IMG/VR virus record: IMGVR_UViG_3300030524_000005 | DNA length: 64,000 nt | Strand: one strand, 5' to 3' | Source of the DNA: an uncultured virus (IMG/VR IMGVR_UViG_3300030524_000005) | Lineage: Duplodnaviria; Heunggongvirae; Uroviricota; Caudoviricetes | Shown: in pieces, positions 47,424 through 56,727 of the stretch | How positions within the stretch are numbered: the stretch's first letter is position 1 | Layout: every line of letters begins with the position of its first letter | Position numbers and translations under genes: made by a program | The notes under the pieces: generated by a model | What the model saw: only the letters and a program-made list of their open reading frames with translations | What the model was told of the DNA's origin: nothing | Databases searched by the model: none

Positions 47424-47431
47424 GGCTAATC

Positions 47432-47662
47432 CTAGGCTGCTTCAAGCGAAGAAAAGTCCGGCTCGCTGCTCGCGGCCGGCGCCGACTGTTTGCCAAGCAT
47501 AACGCTGTCGTGGAAGGCGCGCGATACGCTCGGGAAGCCGGAGACGCTGGTGACGTACGGCCACGCCTGCCGATCAAGCCAGCGGCGCATGCAGGCGTAA
47601 CTATTCGGCTGGCACCCAACTAGGCCTGCGAGTTCGGTGGCGAGTAAATATGGATCCATCAT
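47432..47662 (-). CDS. excisionase (DUF4224-like)
   Basis: YLLATELAGLVG..RWL..GFPSV..EPDFS; directly upstream of int. Confidence 0.75.
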   Translation of the reverse strand: MMDPYLLATELAGLVGCQPNSYACMRRWLDRQAWPYVTSVSGFPSVSRAFHDSVMLGKQSAPAASSEPDFSSLEAA

Positions 47663-47711
47663 ATCCCCCAAATCAACTTCGTTAATTCAATGATGCGTTT
47701 TGCTGCGTCGG

Positions 47712-48305
47712 TCATGCGGCGACCAAACTTGCCCGCAACGCCGCGAGCCATTGGTTGCGCTGCTCAGTTCGATCGACTTCCTCGCGATACGCTTTCTCGC
47801 GGTATGCGATGGTCCTGCGCAGCTCCGCAACGGCGGTCCCGAGCCAATCAGTCGGCGAGGCGCGTACCGGCTTCACGTCATATTCCGTGCTGCAATCCGA
47901 GTCCATCGACATCGATAGTTGCTCGATCATGAATTTTTTGAACGGCGCATGCCCGTCGGTCGGCGGCGCCCAGCACTTCACGCTCTCCAGCATGGTGCGA
48001 TACTTATCTTCCAGCGCCATCTTTTCCGCAATGCGCTCCGCGTGCTGCTCGCACTGGCGCTGATAGTCCGCCTCGGCCGCCGCCGCAATCTCCTGCGCCG
48101 TCATCGACATAAGCCGGTCAAACTCGGCCTGCGACTTTGCAAGCGCTGTGGCGCAATAGTCGGATGGCTCGAACCGCTCCGGGATCGGCGCATCCATCGG
48201 CGCATCGCGCATATCAATGCATGCACCCATGGCGCGAGCACAGCGCATTGCGAACTGCTCGAAACTGATACCGTCTTTGACGGCTTCCGTGTAGCCTGTT
48301 GGCAT
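47712..48305 (-). CDS. conserved phage protein (MPTGYT family)
   Basis: MPTGYT..FAMRCARAMGA..W.PPT..K.FM. Confidence 0.75.
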   Translation of the reverse strand: MPTGYTEAVKDGISFEQFAMRCARAMGACIDMRDAPMDAPIPERFEPSDYCATALAKSQAEFDRLMSMTAQEIAAAAEADYQRQCEQHAERIAEKMALEDKYRTMLESVKCWAPPTDGHAPFKKFMIEQLSMSMDSDCSTEYDVKPVRASPTDWLGTAVAELRRTIAYREKAYREEVDRTEQRNQWLAALRASLVAA

Positions 48306-48311
48306 TATTTT

Positions 48312-48596
48312 TTACCTCGAAACGTTAATTGCAAACACTCGAACCGGCTCGGGCCCAAAGTGCGGATGCTTGATTGTGCGGACAATGTAGCCGCGCCACG
48401 GCTTGATAATGCGGCGCTCCATATCGTCGGCACGCGGATAGCCGAGCGTGAGCACGACGCATCCGTAGTGACGATTCTCCAGCCGCTTGCGCCAGTAGGG
48501 CGTCGCGAGCCGGTATTCCTCGGACTTTTCGCCGCTCTTGATCGCATCGAAATATTCGCGCTTGAGCGGGAGGATTAGGGTTGGGAGACCGGTCAC
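48312..48596 (-). CDS. ASCH/PUA domain protein
   Basis: LPLKREYFDAIKSGEKSEEYR..YWRKRL. Confidence 0.85.
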   Translation of the reverse strand: MTGLPTLILPLKREYFDAIKSGEKSEEYRLATPYWRKRLENRHYGCVVLTLGYPRADDMERRIIKPWRGYIVRTIKHPHFGPEPVRVFAINVSR

Positions 48597-48841
48597 TTTG
48601 CCCGCTCCAACGCCGCTTTCAACCCCTCCACCTCCGCCCTAAGCCCCGCAATCACACTCGCATCAGCCTCGCCCTTTCTATCAGCCGCCGCGATAATGCG
48701 TCCGTTGAGGTCGGTCAAATAGGCGATACGGGTGTTGGCGAGTTCGAGGGCGGTGGCGGCCTCATCGGTCAACTGCTCGATTTCGTACGGTCTGGCGTCC
48801 ACAGCTTCCTGCGAACGCAGGCGGCTAATTAGGTCAGTCAT
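48593..48841 (-). CDS. coiled-coil phage protein
   Basis: DLISRLR..EAATALE. Confidence 0.55.
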   Translation of the reverse strand: MTDLISRLRSQEAVDARPYEIEQLTDEAATALELANTRIAYLTDLNGRIIAAADRKGEADASVIAGLRAEVEGLKAALERAK

Positions 48842-49130
48842 GGTGCCCCGCTGGATAGATATAATTCGGATCAGTCGCCCACATCTTGCGCTGCTGCTCG
48901 GCATCCTTGCGCAGCGCCAACGCCTCCAGCCGCATGGCCTCGTGTTGCTGAACGAGCCTCGCGTTGTAGTCGCAGACGTTTCGGTACTGCTCGTGCCAGC
49001 CTTCGAGTTCGTCCAGCAGCGCGATCACCGTTTGCGGCTTCATAGCATCGCGCAGAAGTAGATCATTCGGATAGCCGCCAGCTAGCGCGGCTTCTGCGAG
49101 GGCCCGCAACTTCTTCGTATCGATTTCCAT
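48834..49130 (-). CDS. Ead/Ea22-like protein
   Basis: IDTKKLRALAEAA..PQTVIALLDELE. Confidence 0.75.
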   Translation of the reverse strand: MEIDTKKLRALAEAALAGGYPNDLLLRDAMKPQTVIALLDELEGWHEQYRNVCDYNARLVQQHEAMRLEALALRKDAEQQRKMWATDPNYIYPAGHHD

Positions 49131-49145
49131 CTCAACTCCCTGTAA

Positions 49146-49416
49146 TTGCCCGTGTCGTGCCGCTTATGGCAAGAGCAGATCAGTCCAATATCGGTATGCA
49201 GCCGGCCAAATCTTCCCGCCGATGACTTGGCAGCAAGTTTCGTATGGCACGCCCATCTCGTGAGCGATTGTCGGGACTGCCTGATTCCGATCTGCCATGC
49301 AAAACCGCTCGAACATCTCCATCGCCTGAGCGTAGGTAACGCCGTCTCGCACTTCCTCTCGCCTCGGCAACATCGCCACTTGACCCATGAAATTCCCCGT
49401 TGCCCGTGTCGTGCCG
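49146..49416. repeat. 17-bp direct repeats flanking one small gene
   Basis: TTGCCCGTGTCGTGCCG at 49146-49162 and 49400-49416. Confidence 0.9.
49164..49388 (-). CDS. small HTH-like protein
   Basis: PTIAHEMGVPYETCCQVIGGKIW. Confidence 0.6.
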   Translation of the reverse strand: MGQVAMLPRREEVRDGVTYAQAMEMFERFCMADRNQAVPTIAHEMGVPYETCCQVIGGKIWPAAYRYWTDLLLP

Positions 49417-49435
49417 ATGGACCCTGGTCGGGCGG

Positions 49436-50203
49436 CTATTTAGCCAAATGTTTCGATTGAGGCGCGGATGAACGCAGACGCCGGGCGCGGGTCGATGGCG
49501 TTTCCGATGGCGCGCAACTTAGCCACTCGGGCGGGTATCCCAGTTCCCAGCCAGCGAACTCCGGGTGGAGGGAGCCGGCGCCATTTTCCATCGGGGCATT
49601 CGATGTATTGGCAGCCATCGATACCTGCGACGGAAGCGGACATCCCCCGGCTCCGAAAGTCATGTTCGGTCCACCCTTCTCCCCATCCGATGCTCGAATC
49701 GTCGACCGCAATGCGAGCACTACGTTCTGCAGCGTCACTTGCGCTTTCGATCCGTCCGGGCGGCGTCCCGACATCGTTGTGCCGGGCGGTGTCGTTTGGC
49801 CGCCACTTGGCGTCGTTGCGGTTGGCCACAAACCAATAACGATCCCTGAAATGGTCCGCACCCGCGCTCGCGGCCTCGATAGGCATTGCCCCCACGGCGT
49901 ATTCCAGGGCTTCCAAATCACTTCGCACGAGACCGAGCCAGTCAGAAGCTGCCGCAACCTGCTCTCCATAGAGCTTTGTAGGACGGCGCTCTTTGATGAG
50001 ATGGAGGTACGCGGGCCATAAGTGCCGCTCGTCAGCAAACCCAGCTCTGCGGCCTGCCGCGCTGAAAGGTTGGCAAGGACAGGAACCGGTCCAAACAGAT
50101 CGGTCGTCAGGCCATCCAGCGAGTCGAAGCGCGAGCGACCATCCGCCAAGTCCTGCGAAGAAGTGGCACTGGGTGTATCCGCGAAGATCGTCTGGTCGAA
50201 CAT
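49436..50203 (-). CDS. nested alternative-frame beta subunit of the methyltransferase (EcoHK31I-like); start uncertain
   Basis: Same-strand open frame with LWPTA and the motif IX-like LHPEFAGWELGYPPEW. Confidence 0.7.
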   Translation of the reverse strand: MFDQTIFADTPSATSSQDLADGRSRFDSLDGLTTDLFGPVPVLANLSARQAAELGLLTSGTYGPRTSISSKSAVLQSSMESRLRQLLTGSVSCEVIWKPWNTPWGQCLSRPRARVRTISGIVIGLWPTATTPSGGQTTPPGTTMSGRRPDGSKAQVTLQNVVLALRSTIRASDGEKGGPNMTFGAGGCPLPSQVSMAANTSNAPMENGAGSLHPEFAGWELGYPPEWLSCAPSETPSTRARRLRSSAPQSKHLAK

Positions 50204-50315
50204 CTCGAATGTCTCTCTCGTCAACGTCGCCGGCGGCAATATGCCCCGCGGCAATCAGGTTGCGCAGCCATTGAGCGCAATAGGGATCGCGCTCGTTGTA
50301 GTAAGCGCGCTTCAC
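49440..50315 (-). CDS. C5 cytosine DNA methyltransferase, alpha subunit
   Basis: FFAGLGG, GSCPCQPFS, EQV, RDRYWFV, LRAIGNAI; no motif IX in this frame. Confidence 0.92.
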   Translation of the reverse strand: MKRAYYNERDPYCAQWLRNLIAAGHIAAGDVDERDIRDVRPDDLRGYTQCHFFAGLGGWSLALRLAGWPDDRSVWTGSCPCQPFSAAGRRAGFADERHLWPAYLHLIKERRPTKLYGEQVAAASDWLGLVRSDLEALEYAVGAMPIEAASAGADHFRDRYWFVANRNDAKWRPNDTARHNDVGTPPGRIESASDAAERSARIAVDDSSIGWGEGWTEHDFRSRGMSASVAGIDGCQYIECPDGKWRRLPPPGVRWLGTGIPARVAKLRAIGNAIDPRPASAFIRASIETFG

Positions 50316-50797
50316 GCCCCACCTCCCTCAGAATCCGGCGCATCCACCGCACCTTGCGCGATGGGTGGGGTGCGGGCAGCGTCCACTGCCTTTTGCCCCA
50401 GCGCTGTGCGGCAATAGCATTCAACCGGCCACTCGTCGGCGGCTACCATTTCCGCGCAAGTGCAATGTTCGCCGCAGCGCTTGGCCGTCTGCACGACTTG
50501 AAGCAACCCGCACTCGACCGCAGTCTGCTGCAGAAAATCACCATCGACATCACCGGGATAGCCGTCGTTTTGATGTGCTTGCAGCACCAGGCCGGCGAAC
50601 TTCAAAATGCTCGCATCCACTGCTAGCGATTCGACCAGCGCGCGAAGTTCGATTTTTGACTGCTTGGCGCGGTCAAGAGTGCCCCCATCATCAAACGGGC
50701 CGCCGACAGATGACCAAGTGCATGCGAACTCAGTGATCGCGTCCATAACCCGCTCGACTGTTGGCGCTACTGTGGGGTTGGGTGTTGGTGTGGTCAT
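50312..50797 (-). CDS. hypothetical protein
   Basis: DVDGDFLQ..CGEHCTCAE; overlaps neighbours. Confidence 0.65.
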   Translation of the reverse strand: MTTPTPNPTVAPTVERVMDAITEFACTWSSVGGPFDDGGTLDRAKQSKIELRALVESLAVDASILKFAGLVLQAHQNDGYPGDVDGDFLQQTAVECGLLQVVQTAKRCGEHCTCAEMVAADEWPVECYCRTALGQKAVDAARTPPIAQGAVDAPDSEGGGA

Positions 50798-51318
50798 GAT
50801 TTATCTCCATGCGCAGCGGTCTTCATAAAGACGAGCCAGTGTGTGAGCCCTTTGCGGCCGCTTAGATGGCCAAAGAGCGGCTTGACCTCAGCCAACGCCA
50901 AAACCTCACTCACCTTGATCTGCGTTTCATTCCACTTGAAGATCAAAACGCCATCCACGGAGAGCACGCGAAAGCACTCTGCGAAGCCTCTGCGTAGGTC
51001 GTCGCGCCAGTCGGGACCGAGTTGGCCATACTTAGCTGCCAACCAACTCTTGGCTCCAGCACGCACCAAATGCGGCGGATCGAACGAAACCAGTTTGAAA
51101 GCGCCGTCCGAATACGGCAAAGCACGGAAATCCAGCATCACGTCAGGCTCAATGCGGAGCGTGCGCGTGCCGCTGTCGTTACCATGCGAGCGGTCAGTAA
51201 CGGTCAGCACCTCGTGACGCTGGTCGCCAAAGATCACGCTCGGGTGCTGGCGGTCAAGCCACATCATTCGTCCACCGCAGCACGGGTCGAGAATTGTCTT
51301 TTCGGCTACGTCGCTCAC
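50794..51318 (-). CDS. small SAM-dependent methyltransferase, probably DNA amino-MTase
   Basis: ILDPCCGGRMMW, FDPPH, ECFRVL. Confidence 0.85.
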   Translation of the reverse strand: MSDVAEKTILDPCCGGRMMWLDRQHPSVIFGDQRHEVLTVTDRSHGNDSGTRTLRIEPDVMLDFRALPYSDGAFKLVSFDPPHLVRAGAKSWLAAKYGQLGPDWRDDLRRGFAECFRVLSVDGVLIFKWNETQIKVSEVLALAEVKPLFGHLSGRKGLTHWLVFMKTAAHGDKS

Positions 51319-53159
51319 GCTCCGCTCCCAGTAGCGCTAGCAGCAGCGATGCGGTCGATGCGCTCAATTTCGGCAAGGATCAATGCCCCGGCTTTAATAA
51401 GCATCCAACGCAGCGTGTCAGGTTTCCACCACTCGCGGCTCCAAGGCCACCATGGAGGAGGCTCGCAAAATGCACGCATAGGATCATTGGGCCATCCGAT
51501 CGCTATGTTTCCTGCATTCAGTGCATATGCTGCGGCAGCTTTCGCCATCTCCCCATTTGTATGCTCGTCATCGTGCTCGACCGTCCAACCTTCAACATTC
51601 ACCTGACGAACTCGCTCGGCCAGCACATCGCGTACCGCATCACTCAGCCCGCTCGGCGCTGCTGTCTGATCGCCCATGCCAGCCGCGTAAGCATCCCGCG
51701 CTATCTGCTTGGGACTCGCGCCGTGCGCACGGTAGTCCGAATACCAACCTTCGAACCTGGAATCGCCAACGTGCCGAGTATCAGTGCTCGGCGCTGCTTG
51801 CGGCTGGGCGGCGAAATAGAGAGGGAGTGTCGGGTAATGCTTCGGACGATCACCGACATCGAGCAATGGCACCGTGTTGGCCCACAACGGCCCTTGCGTC
51901 GGATGAATCGGAACATGCGCCACCACTCCCCCAGCCTCACCGATAGGGGCGCCGTGGGTTTTAAGGTGATTCTCAAATCTTGCGAATGCCTGTTGTGACT
52001 CAGCACCGCGCCGGGATAATCTCCAGTTTCGAGCAAGGCTTTTTGCCGTTTCAATCCAATCTTCGCTTAAGTTTTTTTCGTGCCAAAACAGGTGCCCCGC
52101 ATCAAATGACAGCGAAGAAATTTCCTTTGCCGGCATCCCGGAAAAGTCTTGTGCGGCATACCACTTCGAAAACTGCACGAGTGCGCCTCCTTCGGGGCCT
52201 GCCGTTCCTACCGGCGCAGCCTCACCGCTATGGGGCACGGGGGCGCTAGCTTGCATCCGTTCTATCTGGAAGCGGATCTGACCCAGCACCGAAAAGAGAG
52301 AGTCAAGCAGTTCAGCATCGTCCGCTGGAATAGCGCTCTCTAAACCCAGCGTCTTACAGATGCCACGCAAACGGGTTGCAGCGTAATCGTCCGTGCTCGA
52401 TGCTACTTGCGGTGCCTTGGCGATCAGCGCGTCTGCATAGCCCAAGTCATATCCGAAGCTCCATGCTTCATGCATTCCTGCTGGGCACGTCATAGCCCCG
52501 TTCGGGTCGAGGCAATACCCCTCTGGCCATTTGATCTGTTTCGAGTAGCTCGGCGCTGCCGCAGGGACTATCACAGGTCCGTCAAATATGCGGTCTAGAA
52601 CCGCATCCAATTGCTTGACTTGGCCCGTCGTCATGGAAAGCCGATCAGCAATCTGCGCATTAAGCAGCGCCTTCAATGCCGGGTCGCGCTTCGTATCGCC
52701 GTTGTACATAATCGGTGGAATGCTCGCATCTACCGGCACAGCGACGGGCGCAGCAGGTGCTGTTCCCGTTCCTGAGCACGATTTACACAAGTCAGCAGGC
52801 GCTTCGTCTATCCCGGTCCAAATCGAACCGTAGCCATCACATGCTTTGCAGGAGACAGCGACGAGATTGTGTTTCGCAAGCCATACTGCCAAGCTTAGAA
52901 GTGTTCCCTCGAACACTTGCTTAGCGGTGTGATCGGCCGATATTTGACCTTGCTGGTACATTTCCCAGCAATGATCCAATACGTCTTGTGTCAACCGCAC
53001 CTTAACTCCCTCGCTCTTGTGGGCGATAGCTGCTTGCCAGCCGAGCCAGCAGATTTGCGCTTCGGTCGATGGGTAGTCATCGACCATCAGTGGGCCGGTA
53101 TAGTTGTCAGCCCAATATTTCTCAAACGCCTCTCGGCTATCGCTAAGTTCTTTGCTCAT
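51315..53159 (-). CDS. mosaic multi-module early protein
   Basis: REAFE..W, CKAC..CKSC, DVLAERVRQ..EHDDEH..WPW modules joined by AAP linkers. Confidence 0.75.
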   Translation of the reverse strand: MSKELSDSREAFEKYWADNYTGPLMVDDYPSTEAQICWLGWQAAIAHKSEGVKVRLTQDVLDHCWEMYQQGQISADHTAKQVFEGTLLSLAVWLAKHNLVAVSCKACDGYGSIWTGIDEAPADLCKSCSGTGTAPAAPVAVPVDASIPPIMYNGDTKRDPALKALLNAQIADRLSMTTGQVKQLDAVLDRIFDGPVIVPAAAPSYSKQIKWPEGYCLDPNGAMTCPAGMHEAWSFGYDLGYADALIAKAPQVASSTDDYAATRLRGICKTLGLESAIPADDAELLDSLFSVLGQIRFQIERMQASAPVPHSGEAAPVGTAGPEGGALVQFSKWYAAQDFSGMPAKEISSLSFDAGHLFWHEKNLSEDWIETAKSLARNWRLSRRGAESQQAFARFENHLKTHGAPIGEAGGVVAHVPIHPTQGPLWANTVPLLDVGDRPKHYPTLPLYFAAQPQAAPSTDTRHVGDSRFEGWYSDYRAHGASPKQIARDAYAAGMGDQTAAPSGLSDAVRDVLAERVRQVNVEGWTVEHDDEHTNGEMAKAAAAYALNAGNIAIGWPNDPMRAFCEPPPWWPWSREWWKPDTLRWMLIKAGALILAEIERIDRIAAASATGSGA

Positions 53160-53365
53160 GATTGTTCCTTTTCCGGGTGTGGGACTGGTTCCGAGATGCC
53201 GCAGTCCATCGGGGCCCATCCCGACGTCCACCCATCCTCTAGCTGACCATTGCGGCGTGTGTGAGGACCCATAGCAGACCGATATACGTAGAGCCCTCCC
53301 TGCTCATCGAGCCCGTACAGGTCTCCGTCTTCCCCTCCCATAGCTTGTATCTGAATGATTTTCAT
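53156..53365 (-). CDS. hypothetical protein
   Basis: MKIIQI..LYGLDEQG. Confidence 0.6.
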   Translation of the reverse strand: MKIIQIQAMGGEDGDLYGLDEQGGLYVYRSAMGPHTRRNGQLEDGWTSGWAPMDCGISEPVPHPEKEQS

Positions 53366-53670
53366 CCCAACTCCTTCTCAGCCTTAATAGCTGCGCGCAT
53401 CGATTCCAACTTGCCCCATGTGCTATTTGGCTTATCTGGGCATGGATACGTGTTCTTGGCGATAATCGCTTCGGCTTCCTCAAGCGCTGCTAGCAGTGCT
53501 GCATGTGATGCAGAGAGACGCCGCAATTTGTCAAACTTCCTGTTGATATACTCGGTAAGTACCTGCGCCTCTTCTCGATTCTCTCCAAGACGCAGTCAAT
53601 CGAACCCATTTCCTTTGATGGTTGGCCGTTCGTCAGCGCTGTAGTGGCGAACCACGAAATCTTCCATCAT
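53362..53670 (-). pseudogene. ~102-codon gene with internal TGA at codon 25
   Basis: GGAGG RBS; ATGA overlaps at both ends; single in-frame stop at 53596-53598. Confidence 0.7.
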
Positions 53671-53891
53671 GCACCTCCCTTAGACGCCGACTGGGTGAGC
53701 ACCTCATCGGTCTGCTCGCTCGCCTTCGGATGCAAATGCGCAGGCTTGTGCAGCTCGACCGATTCGTATGCTGCCAATGTTGACCAAAGCTTTCCCATAC
53801 CATATACGGTGACACCGTCGAGCCGCACGTGATTCATATCAATCACATCATGCGCGGCTGCTATGAATGCTTCTAGCTCTTTGGTTTTCAT
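53667..53891 (-). CDS. hypothetical protein
   Basis: AAGGAG RBS; overlaps neighbours. Confidence 0.55.
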   Translation of the reverse strand: MKTKELEAFIAAAHDVIDMNHVRLDGVTVYGMGKLWSTLAAYESVELHKPAHLHPKASEQTDEVLTQSASKGGA

Positions 53892-54115
53892 TTCTTGCTC
53901 CTTACGATGTCGTCAGCCCAGTGTGGGAAATGTGGCTCACCGCCCGCGCGCATCTGTGCGTGGTATTCATCAAGCATGATCTGAGCTGTACGTTCAATTG
54001 AAGGATCGGGCTTCGGCTCTGAACGCAAACATCGCTCATCAGCACCGCGGATGAATACACACAAGAAGGTAACAAGCAGCGAGACTAGTCCGAAAATGTA
54101 TATCCATCCGATCAT
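53888..54115 (-). CDS. small membrane-anchored protein
   Basis: N-terminal TM. Confidence 0.55.
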   Translation of the reverse strand: MIGWIYIFGLVSLLVTFLCVFIRGADERCLRSEPKPDPSIERTAQIMLDEYHAQMRAGGEPHFPHWADDIVRSKK

Positions 54116-54127
54116 GGCGAACTCCGG

Positions 54128-54415
54128 TTATGTGGCGGATGATTCAATGCACTTGAGGTCTTGCAGGCGACTGTTGATCGGCGTCACGCGTCTCTTGAAT
54201 TCCAAGGTCAACTCTGCTTTTTTGCGCTTCAGCGCCTGCGTCTCGATAGCGATTGGGTTTAACTCGCCAGGAACCTCAAAGGTTAGTTCGTGCTCGCATA
54301 CGAACACCCAGCCGATACAAGTCATGTCTTGGTAAGTGGCGAATTTGTATTCGAGCAGCTTCGTGTAATCGTCTACGGCGGCGTGGATAAAACCCTTCTG
54401 CGTGATGGTTGGCAT
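54128..54415 (-). CDS. hypothetical protein
   Basis: GGAG RBS; C-terminal coiled coil. Confidence 0.6.
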   Translation of the reverse strand: MPTITQKGFIHAAVDDYTKLLEYKFATYQDMTCIGWVFVCEHELTFEVPGELNPIAIETQALKRKKAELTLEFKRRVTPINSRLQDLKCIESSAT

Positions 54416-54470
54416 GCCTATCTCCAGCGAAGAAAAAGAGGCGCCGGGGATGCGCGCCCAACGGGGTTGG

Positions 54471-55241
54471 TTATGCGCCTAGCAATTCTTCGCGGCGCTG
54501 GTGGTAACGCTCGGTCGCTTCTTCGCGGTCGGCTTCGGGCAATTCGCTGATCAGGGTGGCGTCGGCGTCGAGTGCGTCGATGTCCATGCGGCTGTTCATG
54601 GTGTCGATGAGGTGCTTGGTACCGACGCTGAGTGCGGCAGGTTGGGGCTCGACGGGCGGTTGGGCGCTCGTCACACCGCCGCGCAACTCTTTCGCGCGTT
54701 CAGCATAAGCATCACTAGCTGCCTGCACGTCGCTCTCGGAGGTGAGCTTCATTGCCATCACCTTCGCCGCGTTCATCGCGTTGCGACCAGTAGCGGCCTT
54801 GATTGCCTTGAGCACGTCATCGAGCGTTACGACCGTGAGTGGCAATATCGTATGCGTCGCTTTCTTGCCCTTCGTAGAATTCAGCGACAGCGATATTTCG
54901 CGCTCGATATTGCTCAAATGGCTGATGCGAATTCCACCCACGACCATCCCGCCGAACTTCACAGCATGATCGTTGTAAAGCGTCATGGACTTGCCGATCC
55001 ACTCGCGCCCGTCCTCACCCCACGCGAAAATCAGCAACTTGCGCATGGTCTTTCCAGGCTTGAACGGACGCCCCTGATCATCCTTGTAGTGCAGGATCAC
55101 GGGCTGTTCATCATTGCCCATGCGCACGTCTGTAACGGTGATCGTCATATCGCCGTCAAGCAGTTGATCGGCGTTTAGTTGATCCGACTTCGGTACGATC
55201 GTACTGCGAAGATTTGTGATATCAGACGTAGCCAATTTCAA
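54471..55241 (-). CDS. putative recombination/ssDNA-binding partner of the exonuclease
   Basis: PKSDQLNAD..KPGKTMR..WIGK..VKFGG..GGIRIS; coupled to the RecE-like gene. Confidence 0.65.
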   Translation of the reverse strand: MKLATSDITNLRSTIVPKSDQLNADQLLDGDMTITVTDVRMGNDEQPVILHYKDDQGRPFKPGKTMRKLLIFAWGEDGREWIGKSMTLYNDHAVKFGGMVVGGIRISHLSNIEREISLSLNSTKGKKATHTILPLTVVTLDDVLKAIKAATGRNAMNAAKVMAMKLTSESDVQAASDAYAERAKELRGGVTSAQPPVEPQPAALSVGTKHLIDTMNSRMDIDALDADATLISELPEADREEATERYHQRREELLGA

Positions 55242-56133
55242 CCTCCTGAGATTTGAATGCGTACGGCGGCAGGTCTATCGTGGTGGTGCTGTCCGCATAG
55301 CCAGGCCATACATTAGTGCGCAGGCATTCCTCGTAGATGTCCAACAGGCGGTGGACTTCGAGAAATCCTTCCTCGCGGCTCTCATTGCCTAGTTCATACG
55401 ATGCCGCGGCATATGGCCATTCGGACTCGACGGCGATAAAAATGAATTTCTCGACAGAAACATTTGCCGCTACACCATAGCCGCCAGAGTAAAAGGCATC
55501 CTGCCGGTGATAGTTCTTGCGTGCTGCGACTCTCGCAAATTCTGCTTTCGATGCGTCGCCACAGGTTTTCACATCGAGCAGCACGACTGAGCTTTTGCTG
55601 AGCGGACGCACGAAGTCAGGACGGCACCTGCATTTCACGTTGGTGATTGAATCGGTCCAGTAGCCCGACACCTCGGCGCGACCGCGCGACAGAAACTCAC
55701 GAATCTCCGGCAAAGCGCGCACGCTCTCAGCCTGCCGCATCGCCACTTCGTACTGACCGAGCGCAATCGGCAACTTCTGTTGGTTCTCAGTGGCCCACGC
55801 AGACCACCATTCCATAGCCGCGATACTGTCATCGGACGGCTTCTTTGCATTCCACTGGGCTTCGGTGGGCTTGCGTGGCGCATTCTTCGGCGGTACTGCG
55901 TACCGCTTGCCAAACTCTTCCGGCTCAAGAATCGCGCAGTGCGCAAGGTGGCCCTCAAGTTGCCCGGGCTTAGCGACACGAGCGGGCGCATCGGGCGACT
56001 GCCACGCATGGAAGATTGCTGGCGCCTTGTCGATCAGGTCGAGGCCTGTCTTCGAGATGCTGTCGCGATCGGCATGGTATTTCTCGATGGAGAGGTCGTA
56101 GACGACCCTACCGGGGAACATGGAGTCATTCAT
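55222..56133 (-). CDS. RecE/exonuclease VIII-like PD-(D/E)XK nuclease
   Basis: ISKTGLD, HCAILEP, CRCRPD, DVKT, YHRQDAFY. Confidence 0.9.
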   Translation of the reverse strand: MNDSMFPGRVVYDLSIEKYHADRDSISKTGLDLIDKAPAIFHAWQSPDAPARVAKPGQLEGHLAHCAILEPEEFGKRYAVPPKNAPRKPTEAQWNAKKPSDDSIAAMEWWSAWATENQQKLPIALGQYEVAMRQAESVRALPEIREFLSRGRAEVSGYWTDSITNVKCRCRPDFVRPLSKSSVVLLDVKTCGDASKAEFARVAARKNYHRQDAFYSGGYGVAANVSVEKFIFIAVESEWPYAAASYELGNESREEGFLEVHRLLDIYEECLRTNVWPGYADSTTTIDLPPYAFKSQEVEIGYV

Positions 56134-56366
56134 TTATGGGCATCCCAACTCTGGTCATCGTCGTAATCGTTTCGCGCGGCGAAGCCTTCGATATATGCCG
56201 CGTTCTGGCCCGTGCGCTTTTCCTGCTTCTTTGCCTTGCACGACTTCGAGCAGAACAAGCCCCAGCCGCGCTTAACATCTGCTTCACGCGCTTGGAAAGG
56301 GTCTCGACACCATGCACATTTACGGCTCACCATCTTCGGCGCCCCATAGTGCTTTTGTGCGTTCAT
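56130..56366 (-). CDS. Zn-finger protein
   Basis: CAWC..RGWGLFCSKSC. Confidence 0.75.
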   Translation of the reverse strand: MNAQKHYGAPKMVSRKCAWCRDPFQAREADVKRGWGLFCSKSCKAKKQEKRTGQNAAYIEGFAARNDYDDDQSWDAHK

Positions 56367-56545
56367 AACAGCACCACCAGATAAGCCGAAACAATCGCCA
56401 GAAGAGTAGCCAGCACCATCCCGCAGACCGGGTGTGCGCGATCCCATGCGACGAAGCGGCGAAAGGTTGAGCGCAGGAAGCTGCGAGCACGATATAGCGC
56501 GCCCGAGCGGATGCGTTTAAGGTCGACGTTTGGAGAGAGGTTCAT
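56363..56545 (-). CDS. small membrane protein
   Basis: C-terminal TM; overlaps neighbours. Confidence 0.5.
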   Translation of the reverse strand: MNLSPNVDLKRIRSGALYRARSFLRSTFRRFVAWDRAHPVCGMVLATLLAIVSAYLVVLL

Positions 56546-56727
56546 TCGTCATCTCCGAGGATTGCATCGATAGCTCTGTGAGCGTCGCCGCCCTGGTCGA
56601 TCGCGGCCAAACCAGCGGACACAAGCTCAGGCGGATAGCCATAGAGGCCATGCGCTTGCTCGATGCGCAAACAGGCGTCGGTGTCGCCGCGCACCATCGC
56701 TTCGGCGTAAGCTTTGGATTCGCTCAC
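56542..56727 (-). CDS. hypothetical protein
   Basis: GAGG RBS; overlaps neighbours. Confidence 0.5.
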   Translation of the reverse strand: MSESKAYAEAMVRGDTDACLRIEQAHGLYGYPPELVSAGLAAIDQGGDAHRAIDAILGDDE

